Source: Stegostoma tigrinum (lineage: Eukaryota). Taken from it: DNA of 64,000 nt. Location: contig NC_081359.1 of assembly GCF_030684315.1 (NCBI RefSeq), forward strand, positions 42,976,470-43,040,469, in the 5' to 3' direction. The notes under the pieces were generated by a model. That model was not told the DNA's origin. It saw only the letters and a list, made by a program, of their open reading frames with translations, and ran no database searches. Positions 61,831-64,000 of this stretch are shown piece by piece (within the stretch, counting starts at the first letter, position 1; the number at the start of each line of letters is the position of its first letter). The translations under genes and the position numbers were made by a program.

Positions 61831-63659
61831 CAAAAAAACACAAAAGCATGCAAAATAAATCATATTTAAGGAAGTATACCACAACGATCCTTGCATCTTA
61901 CAGTAACAAAGTAACGAATGGACTGACCCATACTGAACCAATTAGTCACCTCATCAATCATCAGTATTGAGATTCAGTACCATTCATTATACAAAGTAAT
62001 CTAACACAAGAGTCTGAGTAGTGCTTTTATTTATTCTGTACTAGAAAGGCTTAAAATGATTTAAAAGTGGTAAAAGTCCCTCCAGTCAGACAGAGCTTCA
62101 TTCTTTCCATGTTTTGAATAATATTGGAATGTGGTGACTGCAGCCACAGTTAGTCAGTTGATCTCCAATCTGGCAGAGTTGTAAAGATGTGGTTTGCTGA
62201 ACTTAGACTAGGTGAGAGGAAAAGAAACTGAGAGAAGTACAGGCCAATGGTGAGAAAAGTCAGGGTGGGGTGGAGAATGTGGCTGCTCTCTGACAGCATA
62301 GCTGGACATTGGGATTTTAATTATAGCAAATAAGATGGGAAAGAAAAGGATTCTGAAGAGAAAGTTGAACAATTTGCAAAAATCAAGCTTTGCAAAGGAT
62401 AAATGATGCAAGTAATTCAAAGGAGAAACAGGGATGCCGTGAGGTATTATTTTTCTCAGGAAGTAGAGAAATGAAATTCCAAGAGACAGTGAATCTTTAT
62501 TGTCACAAACACACAGAAGAGAAATAGACTGTACTTAAGGAAAAAAATCTCTAAAAGCGCTACCAGATGTAAGGTACTTCTAACATCACTTTGACATAGC
62601 TGAAAAAGAGCATTTTATATGAAAGAGAAGTGAAATTGAGGGCAGCTGTCAAAAAGAGCTCAGAAAACAAAACAAGGGAGAGGCACTTTGCAGTGTATGT
62701 GAGAGAAAAACAACTCAGTTAAATCACATTTGCCTCATTCCCCTGACTGTCTTTGCATTAATGTGACACCTTCTTGAACACATCAGAGGTTTCTTTTGAG
62801 ATGAAGTTTTTTTTTATTCCTATGCAGGAACATATGGTAGCATAAACAATGAGCCTGGCTGAGAGTGGCAGCAAACAGGTTGAGCCAAATTTGAGGGTTG
62901 GGCCTGATTAACATCTTGCTGAATAAAATGACAAGGTAGAAGATCCAGCCAAGATGGCCAGTACCAGGTGCCGAGATCAATGGCTCCTAGTACAAGGCAA
63001 GTGCTCCAGATAAGGAGGAATTGGATTTGGAGGAGGTACCATCTGTTACCAAGGACACTAGAAATTGATTTCTAAACCTGGCTTGTTGCGCCTCTCTTGT
63101 ATGGCAGAATTGTCATGTCAGGGACTTTGGCATCGCTTCCTATAGCTCAAGTCCTACATGCCGTTACACAGTACAGCTTTTATTGGAGCCCAGTCCCTGG
63201 GTATAAAGACGACGTGAAGTAGTTTCAAGTAGGCATTTTTGCTGCCAACAATTTACAATTACAGATGGACGAGGTCATGATGGAAATTGTGGGCTTCATC
63301 TTAACTGCTTCTCTGTCCAGTTAACAATTTTTCTGAAAACTGTCTTGTAAACCTATGAGATGATTTACTCATAAATGGATATTAAATAGTTCGGTGCAGA
63401 GAAGGTTCAATCCCAGCAAAGTGATGAATGGAATAATCTGCACATACAAAGCAGCAAATGTAATTATTATTTAAAAGCTAACATCTATTAGTATTAGGTA
63501 CCATCCACCAAGGGACTACTGGTTTAGCCCTGATAGTCTTCTTTTTATAAAAAAAAACCTGAAATTTCTATACAGCAGAATTGTAGGCATTGTAGTGACC
63601 CTGGAAATGTAGTCCAGTGACTCTTTTCTCACTTAACTCACTTTATTTTCTGTATAGCA

Positions 63660-64000
63660 GAAGGTCATTGGTAACATTAGAGTCTATTGTTAAGGATGGG
63701 ATTGCAGAGTACTCAGAAGTGCGTGGTACAATAGGTCTGAGTCAGCATGGCTTCATCAAGGGTTAGTCATGCCTGACAAATCTGTTAGAATTCTTTGAGG
63801 AGGTAATGAGCAGGTTAGACAAAGGAAAGCCAATGGACATAATCTAATTGGATTTCCAAAAGGCGTATAACAATTGTCACAAAGAAGGCTGCTAAGTAAG
63901 ATAAGAACCCTTGTTGTTAGGGACAAGCTATTGGCATAGATAGAGGTTTGGCTGACAGGCAGAGACGGAGAGTCGGGATAAGGGGATGGCAGGATGGTAG
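63660..64000 (+). mobile_element. CR1/HER1 LINE RT fragment (runs off the window end)
   Basis: SQHGFIKG*SCLTNLLEFFEEVMSRLDKGKPMDII*LDFQKAYN. Confidence 0.9.

Overview
Vertebrate, repeat-dense, apparently intronic or intergenic DNA. The repeat families (HE1-type V-SINE, HER1/CR1 LINE, Neptune-type Penelope-like elements) point to a cartilaginous fish, probably a shark; this is inferred from recalled repeat sequences, not from a search. I found no host-gene exon, rRNA, true tRNA or CRISPR array that I can support, and the recognisable listed ORFs are retroelement fragments or their antisense shadows. Main contents: a nearly complete but broken CR1 ORF2 (12.3-15.2 kb); about 20 smaller CR1, L2 and RTE pieces; several SINE families; a decayed Gypsy element with both LTRs nested in a CR1 (42.1-46.0 kb); a second Gypsy remnant; Harbinger-like Myb/SANT fossils, one with splice sites still visible; and many Penelope-like (PLE) insertions. 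The most striking structure is in the PLEs. They recur as fold-back (inverted pseudo-LTR) insertions with target-site duplications and minimal hammerhead-ribozyme cores (CTGAtGA..GAAACGTC), down to miniature palindromes of about 130-250 bp. One of these has captured a 200-bp copy of DNA from 1.1 kb downstream. Boundaries of old repeats are approximate (tens of bp).
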